DNA of 64,000 bases from an uncultured Clostridia bacterium (GTDB lineage Bacteria > Bacillota > Clostridia > Lachnospirales > Lachnospiraceae): NCBI GenBank assembly GCA_937890745.1, contig CALADH010000013.1, forward strand, positions 5,031 to 69,030, written 5' to 3'. Shown here one piece after another: positions 29,598 to 39,089 of the stretch. The translations under genes were made by a program, and so were the position numbers. Below the pieces are notes generated by a model that searched no databases, was not told where the DNA came from, and saw only the letters and a program-made list of their open reading frames with translations. Every line of letters starts with the position of its first letter. Positions within the stretch are counted from its first letter, which is position 1.

Positions 29598-30599
29598 ATG
29601 AAATATGCCAAAATCGGAGGGCAGGCCGTCATTGAGGGCGTGATGATGCGCTGCGGCAATGATTATGCGGTTGCCGTGCGAAAGCCGGATGGTGAAATTG
29701 AAGTTAAAAAAGATGTATATAAGGGGCTTGTCGGCCGGCTGAATATGAGAAATGTCCCGATTATCAGGGGCGTTTTTGCATTTATTGATTCCCTCGTCCT
29801 TGGCATGAAGACGCTGACGTATTCGGCAAGCTTTTATGAGGACGAGGAGGATGAAAAGACGCCGGATGCTAAAAAAGTGTCAGATACTCAAATGGAAGTG
29901 AAAGACAAAAAAACGCCGGACGGCAAGACGGCGGCAGAGCCTAAGGAAAGCTTTGCGGACAAGCTTTTAATGGGGGCAACCGTTGCACTTTCGATTGTTC
30001 TTGCCGTCGGCCTCTTTATGATATTGCCGTTTTTTATTTCGGATCTTTTTAGCCGGGTGACAGATTCAGCTTTTGTGCTGTCGCTTATTGAAGGCGTTGT
30101 GAGAGTTATTTTATTTTTAGGTTATCTGATTCTTATTTCGAGAATGAAGGATATTCAGAGAACTTTTATGTACCACGGTGCAGAGCACAAAACAATCAGC
30201 TGTATTGAGCACGGTGACGAACTTACGGTGGAAAATGCCATGAAGCATTCACGTTTTCATAAGCGCTGCGGCACAAGCTTCCTTTTAATTGTCGTTGTTT
30301 TAAGTGTGATTTTCTTTATGCTGTTTTTTACTTTTGTGCCGGTAGAGAGTACAGTGATGAAAGTGATTATTCGCATTCTTCTTGTGCCTGTGATTGCCGG
30401 GGTGTCCTACGAGCTGATCCAGTGGGCGGGACGCAGTGAAAACTGTGTGACAAACACTTTAAGTAAGCCGGGACTTTGGATGCAGAAGCTGACAACGAGA
30501 GAGCCGGATGAGTCGATGCTTGAAGTGGCCATTGCATCTATTGAGGCAATTTATGACTGGCGGGCTTTTCAGGAAGAAGTAAAGGCAGGAGAGCAATGA
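29598..30599 (+). CDS. DUF1385 family membrane protein (prmC-associated)
   Basis: The N-terminus KIGGQAVIEGVMMR and the motif YHGAEHK are typical of DUF1385. It occupies the conserved position upstream of prmC-prfA. It contains an acidic, K-rich low-complexity insert. Confidence 0.75.
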   Translation: MKYAKIGGQAVIEGVMMRCGNDYAVAVRKPDGEIEVKKDVYKGLVGRLNMRNVPIIRGVFAFIDSLVLGMKTLTYSASFYEDEEDEKTPDAKKVSDTQMEVKDKKTPDGKTAAEPKESFADKLLMGATVALSIVLAVGLFMILPFFISDLFSRVTDSAFVLSLIEGVVRVILFLGYLILISRMKDIQRTFMYHGAEHKTISCIEHGDELTVENAMKHSRFHKRCGTSFLLIVVVLSVIFFMLFFTFVPVESTVMKVIIRILLVPVIAGVSYELIQWAGRSENCVTNTLSKPGLWMQKLTTREPDESMLEVAIASIEAIYDWRAFQEEVKAGEQ

Positions 30600-31429
30600 C
30601 ATATAAGGAATTACTTGATGAAGGTGTGAGAAGACTTTCAGACGCACAGATTTTGGAGGCGTCTACGGATGCATGGCGGCTGATGCAGTTTGTTTTTAAA
30701 ATAAGCCGTCTCGATTATCTGATGAATCCGCAGAAAAATGCAGATGATGCTTTAAAGGCGCAGTATGAGGCGTGTATTTTAAAACGCAGTACCCATTATC
30801 CGCTTCAGTATATTACAAACGAGCAGAATTTTATGGGGCTGGATTTTTATGTGGATGAGCGTGTACTTATTCCGCGTCAGGATACGGAAGTGCTTGTGGA
30901 GGAAGTTTTAGCGTATTTAAAACCCGGTATGTCGGTACTTGATATGTGTACCGGTTCCGGCTGTATTATCACAAGCCTTGCGGCAAATAAAAAGCTTTCA
31001 CGCGCTGTGGGCGCTGATCTTTCAGACGGGGCGCTTGCGGTCGCTTCAGGTAATGCCGCGGCAAACGGACAGAAGAAAATTATGTTTGTTAAAAGTGATT
31101 TATTTGAAAATATTGACGGCTGTTTTGATATTATCGTATCCAATCCACCATATATTCCGTCGGGTGATATTGACGGGCTGATGCATGAAGTTGGTGCCCA
31201 TGAGCCGCGCATGGCTTTGGACGGCAGCGGCGACGGACTTTTATTTTACAGAAAAATTACGGAAACGGCGCCGTCATATCTTAATGAGGGCGGTATGTTG
31301 TTTTTTGAAATCGGCTGGAATCAGGCCGCAGATATATGTGTACTTTTAGAAAAAGCCGGCTTTGCGGGAATTACTGTAAAGCAGGATTTGGCTGGTCTTG
31401 ACAGAGTTGTTTACGGGCATCTGTTATAG
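30596..31429 (+). CDS. prmC: Release-factor glutamine N5-methyltransferase
   Basis: It overlaps the previous gene (ATGA). It has the SAM-binding motif VLDMCTGSGCI and the catalytic NPPY motif (IVSNPPYIP). Confidence 0.85.
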   Translation: MTYKELLDEGVRRLSDAQILEASTDAWRLMQFVFKISRLDYLMNPQKNADDALKAQYEACILKRSTHYPLQYITNEQNFMGLDFYVDERVLIPRQDTEVLVEEVLAYLKPGMSVLDMCTGSGCIITSLAANKKLSRAVGADLSDGALAVASGNAAANGQKKIMFVKSDLFENIDGCFDIIVSNPPYIPSGDIDGLMHEVGAHEPRMALDGSGDGLLFYRKITETAPSYLNEGGMLFFEIGWNQAADICVLLEKAGFAGITVKQDLAGLDRVVYGHLL

Positions 31430-31458
31430 CCGGCAGTCAGTAAATAGGAGGAAAAAAG

Positions 31459-32532
31459 ATGTTTGACCGTTTGGATGATATTTTAATCCGTTATCAGCAG
31501 GTTATGGAAGAATTAAATGACCCGGATGTTGTCAGCGACCAGTTGAGATTCAGAAAGCTGATGAAGGAGCAGGCTGATTTAGCGCCGATTGCTGATAAAT
31601 ATACAGAATATAAGCAGACAAAGCAAAATATTGACGACAGCTTAGAGCTTCTTGAGACAGAGACAGACGAAGAAATGCGCGAGCTTGCAAAGGAGGAGCT
31701 TTCCGAGAGCAAGGAAAACCTTGAAAATATCGAGAAAGAGCTGATGATACTTCTTTTGCCGAAGGATCCGATGGACGAGAAAAATGTTATTGTGGAAATC
31801 CGTGCCGGCGCCGGCGGCGACGAAGCGGCTCTTTTTGCCGCAGATCTTTTCAGAATGTATTCGAAATATGCCGAGGGACGCCGCTGGAAAATTGAGATGA
31901 TGAGTGTCAATGAAAACGGCCTCGGCGGTTTTAAAGAAATTATTTTTATGATCAACGGAAACGGCGCTTATTCAAGGCTGAAGTTTGAGAGCGGTGTGCA
32001 CCGCGTGCAGCGTGTGCCGGAGACAGAATCGGCAGGACGTATCCACACATCGACAGCGACGGTTGCCATTATGCCGGAGGCTGAGGATGTGGATGTGAAG
32101 CTTGACATGAATGATGTGCGCATCGATGTTTTCCGTGCTTCAGGAAACGGCGGCCAGTGTGTCAACACGACAGACTCCGCGGTGCGTATTACACATATCC
32201 CGACAGGTATTGTCATTTCCTGTCAGGATGAGAAGTCACAGCTTAAAAATAAGGAAAAAGGTCTTAAGGTGCTCCGCTCAAGACTTTATGATTTAGAGCT
32301 TGAGAAAAAGCAGAAAGAGGAGGCTTCCTTAAGAAAAAATCAGGTCGGTACGGGCGACCGTTCTGAAAAAATCAGAACCTACAATTTCCCTCAGGGAAGA
32401 TGTACAGACCACAGAATTAAGCTGACACTTCACCGTCTTGACCAGATTATGAACGGTGATTTAGACGAAATTATTGATAGCCTTATCGCGGCAGATCAGG
32501 CAGCGAAGCTGGCAAACATGAATGAAGAATAA
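31459..32532 (+). CDS. prfA: Peptide chain release factor 1
   Basis: AGGAGG SD. It has a PxT-type anticodon motif (RVPETES) and the GGQ motif ([16 protein letters not shown]). Confidence 0.95.
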   Translation: MFDRLDDILIRYQQVMEELNDPDVVSDQLRFRKLMKEQADLAPIADKYTEYKQTKQNIDDSLELLETETDEEMRELAKEELSESKENLENIEKELMILLLPKDPMDEKNVIVEIRAGAGGDEAALFAADLFRMYSKYAEGRRWKIEMMSVNENGLGGFKEIIFMINGNGAYSRLKFESGVHRVQRVPETESAGRIHTSTATVAIMPEAEDVDVKLDMNDVRIDVFRASGNGGQCVNTTDSAVRITHIPTGIVISCQDEKSQLKNKEKGLKVLRSRLYDLELEKKQKEEASLRKNQVGTGDRSEKIRTYNFPQGRCTDHRIKLTLHRLDQIMNGDLDEIIDSLIAADQAAKLANMNEE

Positions 32533-32540
32533 AAAGTAAA

Positions 32541-32617
32541 AATACCCTGAACCGGGCAAGGCTGTACATTTGCAGTGACGATGTACAGCCGGGCTGTTTG
32601 GTACAGGGTATTTTTTT
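32541..32617 (+). terminator. Compound terminator after prfA
   Basis: The outer arms AATACCCTG (32541-32549) and CAGGGTATT (32604-32612) pair. The inner arms GGCTGTACAT (32560-32569) and ATGTACAGCC (32581-32590) pair. A T7 run follows. Confidence 0.75.
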
Positions 32618-32825
32618 GGAGGAAAAAATGAACTTTGATAAAAAAAAGGAAATGGTTATATGACGAAACCGTAAAAAGAAATAGGTTGTCCCCTGTTCAC
32701 TGACGCTATATATCGTGTCGAAAGATTGTGAGCGGCATTTTTCTGAAAACTATTGAAGTTTCAGAAAATCTTTGATAAGATGTTTTATAATTCAATATGC
32801 TAAAGGAAGAAAGCGGGAGATTACA

Positions 32826-34022
32826 ATGGTTATTTCTGAAAATATGGCGGATTTGGTAAAGAACAGCTCGGCGATCCGGGCGCTTTTTGAGGAAGGCAAA
32901 GCGATGGCAAAGGTTGTCGGTGCTCAGAATGTTTATGATTTCAGTCTCGGTAATCCAAGCGTGCCGGCGCCGGAAAAAATTAAAGAGGCTGTTTTTGAAG
33001 TGCTTGACAGTGAGGATAGCCTTTTTGTCCACGGTTATATGAGTAATGCCGGTTACGAGCAGGTGCGTCAGGCGGTGGCCGATGATTTGAATGAAAAATA
33101 TGGCGCATCTTATGAGATGGAGGATATTTTGATGACGGTCGGTGCGGCCGGCGGGTTAAATTGTGTTTTGAGAACACTTTTAAATGAGGGCGATGAGGTT
33201 GTCTGTTTTGCCCCGTTTTTTGGCGAATACAGAAGTTATACATCGAATTTTAAAGGCAGGCTTGTTGCTGTTCCGGCAGATACAAGCAGCTTTCAGTTAA
33301 ATTTGTCGGCGCTGCCGAAGCTTCTTAATGAGCGGACAAAAGCTGTCATTATTAATAATCCGAATAATCCGAGCGGCGTGATTTATTCGTCGGAGACACT
33401 GGCGACCCTTCAGAAAATTTTGGGCGAGGCCGAGGCGCGCATCGGTCATCCGATTTATGTCATCTCTGATGAGCCGTACAGAGAGCTTGCCTATGATGGG
33501 TATAGTGTGCCTTTTATGCCGGCGATTATTAAAAATTGTATCATATGCTATTCGTTCAGTAAGTCGTTGTCCCTTCCGGGCGAGCGTATCGGTTATTTGG
33601 CACTTTCTAAAAATATAGACGCCTATGACGAGCTTGCCCCGGCACTTGTTGTGGCAAATCGATGTCTTGGGTTTGTCAATGCACCGTCATTGATGCAGCT
33701 GGCTGTCGCAAAGTGCCTGAAAGAGAAAACGGACGTGGCAGCTTATGACAGGAACCGCTGCCTTTTGTATGATGCGCTCACAAAGCTTGGCTTTGAATGT
33801 GTAAAGCCGCAAGGTGCGTTTTATCTTTTTGTAAAATCTCCGGTTCCGGATGAATCGGTTTTTGTCGAGAAGGCGAAGAAGCATCATCTTCTTTTGGTTG
33901 GTGCGACTGGCTTTGGTTGTCCGGGCTATGTGCGTATTGCTTACTGCGTGTCTTATGAAATGATTCAGCGGTCTCTGCCGGCTTTTGAGGCGCTGGCGCG
34001 TGAGATGGGTATTTTCGGGTGA
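32826..34022 (+). CDS. Pyridoxal-phosphate-dependent aminotransferase, class I (aspartate/aromatic type)
   Basis: The ORF track starts at 32772. The ATG at 32826 follows GGGAG. It contains NNPNNPSG and the PLP-lysine region YSFSKSLSLPGERIGY. Confidence 0.85.
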   Translation: MVISENMADLVKNSSAIRALFEEGKAMAKVVGAQNVYDFSLGNPSVPAPEKIKEAVFEVLDSEDSLFVHGYMSNAGYEQVRQAVADDLNEKYGASYEMEDILMTVGAAGGLNCVLRTLLNEGDEVVCFAPFFGEYRSYTSNFKGRLVAVPADTSSFQLNLSALPKLLNERTKAVIINNPNNPSGVIYSSETLATLQKILGEAEARIGHPIYVISDEPYRELAYDGYSVPFMPAIIKNCIICYSFSKSLSLPGERIGYLALSKNIDAYDELAPALVVANRCLGFVNAPSLMQLAVAKCLKEKTDVAAYDRNRCLLYDALTKLGFECVKPQGAFYLFVKSPVPDESVFVEKAKKHHLLLVGATGFGCPGYVRIAYCVSYEMIQRSLPAFEALAREMGIFG

Positions 34023-34037
34023 AAGGATGGTTTGTTT

Positions 34038-35093
34038 ATGAAAGCATGGGAGAAAAATGTGAGAAAGGTTGTTCCTTATACGCCGGGCGAGCAGCCGGAT
34101 AAAGAAAAGATGATTAAACTGAATACAAATGAGAATCCATATCCGCCGGCGCCTGCGGTCAAGAGGGCGCTGGAGATGACAGACAGGGATTTGCTGCGCC
34201 TCTATCCGGATCCGGCAGCGTCAAAGCTTGTCAAGGCGCTGGCATGGCGCTATGATGTGGAGGAAAATCAGGTTTTTGTCGGTGTCGGCTCAGATGATGT
34301 ACTGTCGGTTGCTTTTCTGACCTTTTTTAATTCAAAGAAGCCGATTTTATTTCCGGACATTACATATTCATTTTATCCGGTATGGGCGGACGTTTATAAA
34401 ATCCCGTATGAAACGCGTCCGCTTGCCCCGGACTTTTCTATAAATGCCGGTGATTATTATTGTGAAAATGGCGGCGTAGTTTTTCCAAATCCGAATGCAC
34501 CGACATCAAAATACGAGGATTTATCTGTCGTGGAGGATATTGTTTCTCACAATCGGGACTGCGTTGTAATTGTCGATGAGGCTTATATTGACTTTGCGGG
34601 GCCGTCGGCGCTCTCCCTCGTTCCGAAATATGACAATCTTTTAGTTGTGCAGACATTTTCAAAATCGCGGGCGCTTGCCGGAATGCGTATCGGTTTTGCA
34701 ATCGGTCAGCCTGAACTTATCAAAGCAATGAATGATGTGCGTTACTCGATTAATTCCTACACAATGAGCCGTCCGGCGATTGAGGCGGGTGTCGCTTCAA
34801 TTATTGAGGAAGGCTATTTCAGAATATGCGTTGAAAAAATAAAAGAAACGAGAGCATGGACGGCCGCACAGCTTAAAGCGCTTGGATTTACATTTTGCGA
34901 ACCGTCGGCAAATTTCATTTTTGCCGCCCATCCTCATTGTCCGGCGAAAAAGATTTACGAAACACTGCGGCGTGAGGATATTTATGTGAGATATTTTGAC
35001 AAGCCGGGTATCGACAACTATATAAGAATTACAATCGGCACAGACGAGGAAATGCGGACGCTGATAGAGGTTTTGAGGGAGAAGTGTCTGTGA
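34038..35093 (+). CDS. hisC: Histidinol-phosphate aminotransferase
   Basis: It contains LNTNENPYPP, IVDEAYIDF and the PLP-lysine region QTFSKSRALAGMRIGF, all typical of HisC. Confidence 0.85.
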   Translation: MKAWEKNVRKVVPYTPGEQPDKEKMIKLNTNENPYPPAPAVKRALEMTDRDLLRLYPDPAASKLVKALAWRYDVEENQVFVGVGSDDVLSVAFLTFFNSKKPILFPDITYSFYPVWADVYKIPYETRPLAPDFSINAGDYYCENGGVVFPNPNAPTSKYEDLSVVEDIVSHNRDCVVIVDEAYIDFAGPSALSLVPKYDNLLVVQTFSKSRALAGMRIGFAIGQPELIKAMNDVRYSINSYTMSRPAIEAGVASIIEEGYFRICVEKIKETRAWTAAQLKALGFTFCEPSANFIFAAHPHCPAKKIYETLRREDIYVRYFDKPGIDNYIRITIGTDEEMRTLIEVLREKCL

Positions 35094-35230
35094 ATTGTAC
35101 GGTATAGATGGTTTTGCATAAACAGAATAATATAGTCGTTTTAACATTTACATTTTGGCCGTTTGGTAGTATAATTCCTTTATGAGTATGTGTGTTTATC
35201 ACAAAATAATTAATCAGGAGGAATGAGCCA

Positions 35231-36904
35231 ATGAAAAAAATGAATCTAAAAAAACAATGTATTCTTTTTATGGCGGCGGCATTGATGTTTACAGGAATGC
35301 CATTAAGTGCAGCGGCGGCTGAAGCAAACGCAGGCAGCGCAGAGGCGATTGTCACAGAGACTGTTGCGGAAACTTCCGGGAGTGGGCAGACTGAGCCGGC
35401 AGAGGCAGTCGAGGGTGAGAAGAAAGAAGCCTATCAGATTGTATATAATCCGGGAGTACAGGTTAAAGTTCCGAAAAGTTTATTTGAAGGCTACAGGGGA
35501 AGTGTAAAAAAGGTCTATGCAGAGGGTATCGGTGAGATACCGGGAAGATTTTGGTATGATGATATGCTGATTGATATTCCTTTAGACAGAGATGTCAAGA
35601 AGGGTGTTTATCCGATTGATGTGACTTTTCAGTATGACGATGTGGCATCAGGTATTATTGAACTTGTCGTGGAAGAAGATATGAAAGGCATTCATATCCT
35701 CAATTCAGTTGTAAACTTTGACGGAACTAAAGATGCCGTTTTCCGCTTTAAAAATGGTACAGGTAAAAATAGGATTACAAAGTTAAAAGACGTATCTTTT
35801 ACGGCCAGATATTGGCATGAGGGTGATGACGACAGTAAGGTTACAGGTTTTGGGCTAGACTCTGATAGAGAAAGCTATAAAAAATATGCGACCTGTGATC
35901 TTGAAAAAGGCGAATTGAGAGTTAAGAAAGATTTTTTTAAGACACAGCTTGGTCAGGGAACATGTGGTTCTAGATTAATGCCGTGGGTATACCCTGTGTC
36001 TAATATGGAATTTGAGTTAGCCAGCGGTGAAACTGTTCGAGTATTCTATGATATTACACATGAGGCCACATTATCTAAAGATTTTAAAAATCCGGGAGAC
36101 AATCGGTGGTATTTTGTAAATCATTATAAAGATGACGGCAAGCCGGTGGAGCCTGAGGAACCGGAGAAAACCGATCCTGTTGAAGATTTTGTAAAACGCT
36201 TATATACAAATATTCTTCAGCGTGAAGCTGATGCAAGCGGACTTAAAGCTTGGACAGATGTGTTAAAGTCCGGCAAGGAACAGGGCGCCAAGGTTGCGCA
36301 GGGCTTTATTGAAAGTCCTGAATTTCAGAAAAGAAAACTTACGGACACACAATACTTGGAGATTTTATATCAGACATTTTTTGACCGTAAGGCAGATAAG
36401 GCAGGTTTAGACGCATGGTTAGATGTGCTTGACAGCGGTTTATCAAGAATGCATGTATTTAAAGGCTTTGCGGAATCTAACGAATTTACAGAGATTTGTG
36501 AGGAATATGGCATTATCCGCGGAAACGTCACACTGACAGCGCCGATGGATCAGAATGAAGGTGTGACAAAGTTTATCGTCCGCTGCTATCGCTTATGCCT
36601 TGGCCGTGACGCTGACAAGGATGGCTTAAACAGCTGGTGTACACAGATTCTGACAGGAAAGAATACGGCGAAAGAAGCTGCACACGGCTTTGTATTCTCC
36701 GATGAATTTAAAAAGAAAAACCTTTCAGATAAAGAATATGTCAAAACAATGTACCGCGTATTCATGGACAGAGAAGCAGACCCTGCAGGCTTAGATGCAT
36801 GGGTGAAAGTGCTTAAAAGCGGCAAGAGCCGTGAACATGTATTCAACGGCTTTGCGGATTCGGGCGAATTTAAAGAAATCTGCGCGGAGTATGGTATTCG
36901 TTAA
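35231..36904 (+). CDS. Secreted protein with four C-terminal DUF4214-type repeats
   Basis: AGGAGG SD and a signal peptide (LFMAAALMFTGMPLSAAAAEA). Four ~65-aa repeats of the form F/YV..xY...L.R.AD..GL..W...L.SG.....V..GF..S.EF are visible. Confidence 0.7.
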   Translation: MKKMNLKKQCILFMAAALMFTGMPLSAAAAEANAGSAEAIVTETVAETSGSGQTEPAEAVEGEKKEAYQIVYNPGVQVKVPKSLFEGYRGSVKKVYAEGIGEIPGRFWYDDMLIDIPLDRDVKKGVYPIDVTFQYDDVASGIIELVVEEDMKGIHILNSVVNFDGTKDAVFRFKNGTGKNRITKLKDVSFTARYWHEGDDDSKVTGFGLDSDRESYKKYATCDLEKGELRVKKDFFKTQLGQGTCGSRLMPWVYPVSNMEFELASGETVRVFYDITHEATLSKDFKNPGDNRWYFVNHYKDDGKPVEPEEPEKTDPVEDFVKRLYTNILQREADASGLKAWTDVLKSGKEQGAKVAQGFIESPEFQKRKLTDTQYLEILYQTFFDRKADKAGLDAWLDVLDSGLSRMHVFKGFAESNEFTEICEEYGIIRGNVTLTAPMDQNEGVTKFIVRCYRLCLGRDADKDGLNSWCTQILTGKNTAKEAAHGFVFSDEFKKKNLSDKEYVKTMYRVFMDREADPAGLDAWVKVLKSGKSREHVFNGFADSGEFKEICAEYGIR

Positions 36905-36926
36905 AATGTTAATTGGATAAAAGTTA

Positions 36927-36968
36927 AAAGACCTGCAGGCACTTCGGTTTTGTAGGTCTTTATGTTTG
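36927..36968 (+). terminator. Terminator after the DUF4214 gene, marking the left edge of the AT-rich island
   Basis: AAAGACCTGCA (36927-36937) pairs with TGTAGGTCTTT (36951-36961), with one G-U pair. TATGTTTGT follows. Confidence 0.65.
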
Positions 36969-37020
36969 TGGAAAATTTTTTGAAAATCCTATATCATGAA
37001 AAGCGTATAGCTAAAGAGAC

Positions 37021-37049
37021 TTTTCAAAGATGTGGCATTGGGGTATAAT
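37021..37049 (+). promoter_or_regulatory. Candidate promoter for the island gene pair
   Basis: TTTTCA (37021-37026), a 17-nt spacer and TATAAT (37044-37049). The -35 element is weak. Confidence 0.35.
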
Positions 37050-37093
37050 AAGCACAGAGAAACTATTATAAAAAAATAAGATGTATAGGGAGT

Positions 37094-38440
37094 GTGAGAT
37101 ATTTGCAAAAAATTATAATTAGGCATCTAGGTCCTGTAAAAACTTTGGATATGGAAATAAAAGATTTTAATATACTTATAGGAGAACAGGCAACAGGTAA
37201 AAGTACTGTTGCAAAAGCAATATATTTTTTTAGAATTATTAAAACTACATTAACAGATTATCTTTGTCAGGTATATGATAGTGCACTTTACAAAGGCAAT
37301 GATATTAGTGAGGGGTTTAATAAGGTTTTAAAGAGAGAGTTAAAGTCAATTTTTATTTCATTATTTGGACGAAGTTGGGATTTAGACCGACGTTTATATT
37401 TAAAATATGAGTACACAAATGATATTTGGATTGATGTTAACCTTAACGGAACGTCCAGGCAGTATATAAGCGTTCGTTATTCACCAAATTTGTCACGGGA
37501 AATAAAACGGTTAGAAGGTGAAGCTTTAACTTTGCATGAGCAAAAAGCAGATGCATATTTTAGTCTTGCTTATGCAAGTAAGGAACGATTGCGTAATTAT
37601 GATAATTTTAAAAATAATATAAACAGAATTTTTGATGATTACAAAGAAACATATTATATACCTGCAGGAAGAAGTATGATTACACTATTAGTTAATAATC
37701 GTTCTTTAATTGAAAGTGAAAATCTTGATTTGATAACACGGGAGTTTATGCGTATTATTGACGGTATTCATGTAGCGTTTGCAGACGGGATTAGGAATGT
37801 GCATAAACGATATCCTGATGGTGAAAGAAAATTTGATGTTAGTAAGATATCAGAGATGTTAATTTCTGATTTGAAAGGTGATTATCAGTATAATCCGGGT
37901 AAAGAATATATTATTATTCAGGATGAGGAGAATCATAACGAGAAAGTACAGGTGCCGATTAATTTTGCATCATCGGGACAGCAAGAGATTTTGTGGTTGC
38001 TGAATCAATTATATATTTTGATGTTAAAAAAAGAAAATGCGTTTGTAATTATAGAGGAGCCGGAAGCACATTTATATCCAAGTCTTCAGGATAAAGTTGT
38101 TGAATTTATTGCTTATTTTGCAAATATTAATGATAGTACTGTCATGGTGACAACGCATAGTCCTTACATTTTAACATCAGTAAATGCGTTATATTGTGCA
38201 GGAAAAGTGATTAGAGATTTTCCAAATCTGACTAAAAAAGTACATGATATTGTGGGAAATGGTTGCGAAATTATCCCGGAAAAAATTACAGCATTAAAAC
38301 TTAATAAAGATACAAGCGTACAGGAATTAATAGATAAAGAATTCGAAGAAATAAATACAGAGATGATTGATGAAATTTCAGACAAAATCAATGAAAAGTA
38401 TACAGAATTGTTTTATTTGTTATCCGAAAGCGAAGCGTGA
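37094..38440 (+). CDS. ABC/SMC-type (AAA_15/AAA_21-like) ATPase, candidate defence-system ATPase
   Basis: 448-aa ORF. Motifs seen: Walker A GEQATGKST (aa 30-38), signature-like SSGQQ (293-297), Walker B FVIIEEPE (317-324) and H-loop TTHSP (353-357). About 250 aa are inserted between Walker A and the signature motif. The start may instead be the TTG at 37103, 10 nt after GGGAG. The gene is AT-rich. Confidence 0.75.
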   Translation: MRYLQKIIIRHLGPVKTLDMEIKDFNILIGEQATGKSTVAKAIYFFRIIKTTLTDYLCQVYDSALYKGNDISEGFNKVLKRELKSIFISLFGRSWDLDRRLYLKYEYTNDIWIDVNLNGTSRQYISVRYSPNLSREIKRLEGEALTLHEQKADAYFSLAYASKERLRNYDNFKNNINRIFDDYKETYYIPAGRSMITLLVNNRSLIESENLDLITREFMRIIDGIHVAFADGIRNVHKRYPDGERKFDVSKISEMLISDLKGDYQYNPGKEYIIIQDEENHNEKVQVPINFASSGQQEILWLLNQLYILMLKKENAFVIIEEPEAHLYPSLQDKVVEFIAYFANINDSTVMVTTHSPYILTSVNALYCAGKVIRDFPNLTKKVHDIVGNGCEIIPEKITALKLNKDTSVQELIDKEFEEINTEMIDEISDKINEKYTELFYLLSESEA

Positions 38441-38451
38441 GAGGTGAGGGG

Positions 38452-39075
38452 ATGAGTAAAAAAGAAAAGCTCAAAAACAGAAATTTTACTCAGACAGGCG
38501 ATTTGGCATTGGGAAAATATAATGAATTATTCGAGTGCCTTAATAAAGGAGAGAAAAGAAATCTTAAAGATAGGAAATCTGATAAAAATTCATTTATGCC
38601 TATAGAGGTAGTAGATGAAGGCGTGTTTTTAACAGAACCTGATGGAAGATTAATTCCTGATACTGTCAGTCAGCGTAAATGCGATTTTTTGTTATACTGT
38701 AAAGATAAGCCGCAGATATGTTTCGTTGAACTCAAGGGAGAGAACATTTCAATCAAAAATAGTGATAATCCATACGACCAAATTAGTGCTACGATAGATT
38801 TTTTGAAAAGATATAATGAGTTAAAAGTTTTAGCAAATCCAACGATTGAAAAACATGCTTTTATTGTATCACCGGGGAGGCAGAAATTTCCAAAAGGTAT
38901 AGAGTCTAAAGAGAGATTTCTTTGGCGGAAGTTGCTTCAAGAAGGTTCTGAAAAAAAGAAAATGGAAGATATTGTGCATCATGTAAAAGTGACGAAATCG
39001 GATAGATACAGCAATAATGGGCAGATTATTTGTTCACCAAAAGCACCTGTAAAAATTCCTTTTATGAATGATTAG
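38452..39075 (+). CDS. PD-(D/E)xK nuclease-like protein, partner of the ATPase
   Basis: The ATG at 38452 follows GAGGTGAGGGG, which spans the ATPase stop codon; the ORF track offers a GTG at 38437 that would overlap the ATPase gene by 4 nt. 207 aa. The motif KCDFLLYCKDKPQICFVELKG gives D78 ... E93-x-K95, the canonical restriction-endonuclease-fold signature. Confidence 0.65.
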   Translation: MSKKEKLKNRNFTQTGDLALGKYNELFECLNKGEKRNLKDRKSDKNSFMPIEVVDEGVFLTEPDGRLIPDTVSQRKCDFLLYCKDKPQICFVELKGENISIKNSDNPYDQISATIDFLKRYNELKVLANPTIEKHAFIVSPGRQKFPKGIESKERFLWRKLLQEGSEKKKMEDIVHHVKVTKSDRYSNNGQIICSPKAPVKIPFMND

Positions 39076-39089
39076 AAGAAAAAATAACT

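Noticed and set aside
31494-31955. 153-aa Ser-rich minus-strand ORF
   Set aside because: It is antisense to prfA, whose GGQ and PxT motifs make the plus-strand call secure.
32628-32663. 11-codon micro-ORF (MNFDKKKEMVI) with a GGAGG SD just after the prfA terminator
   Set aside because: It is too short and compositionally unremarkable to support as a gene or leader peptide. No attenuator logic is visible downstream.
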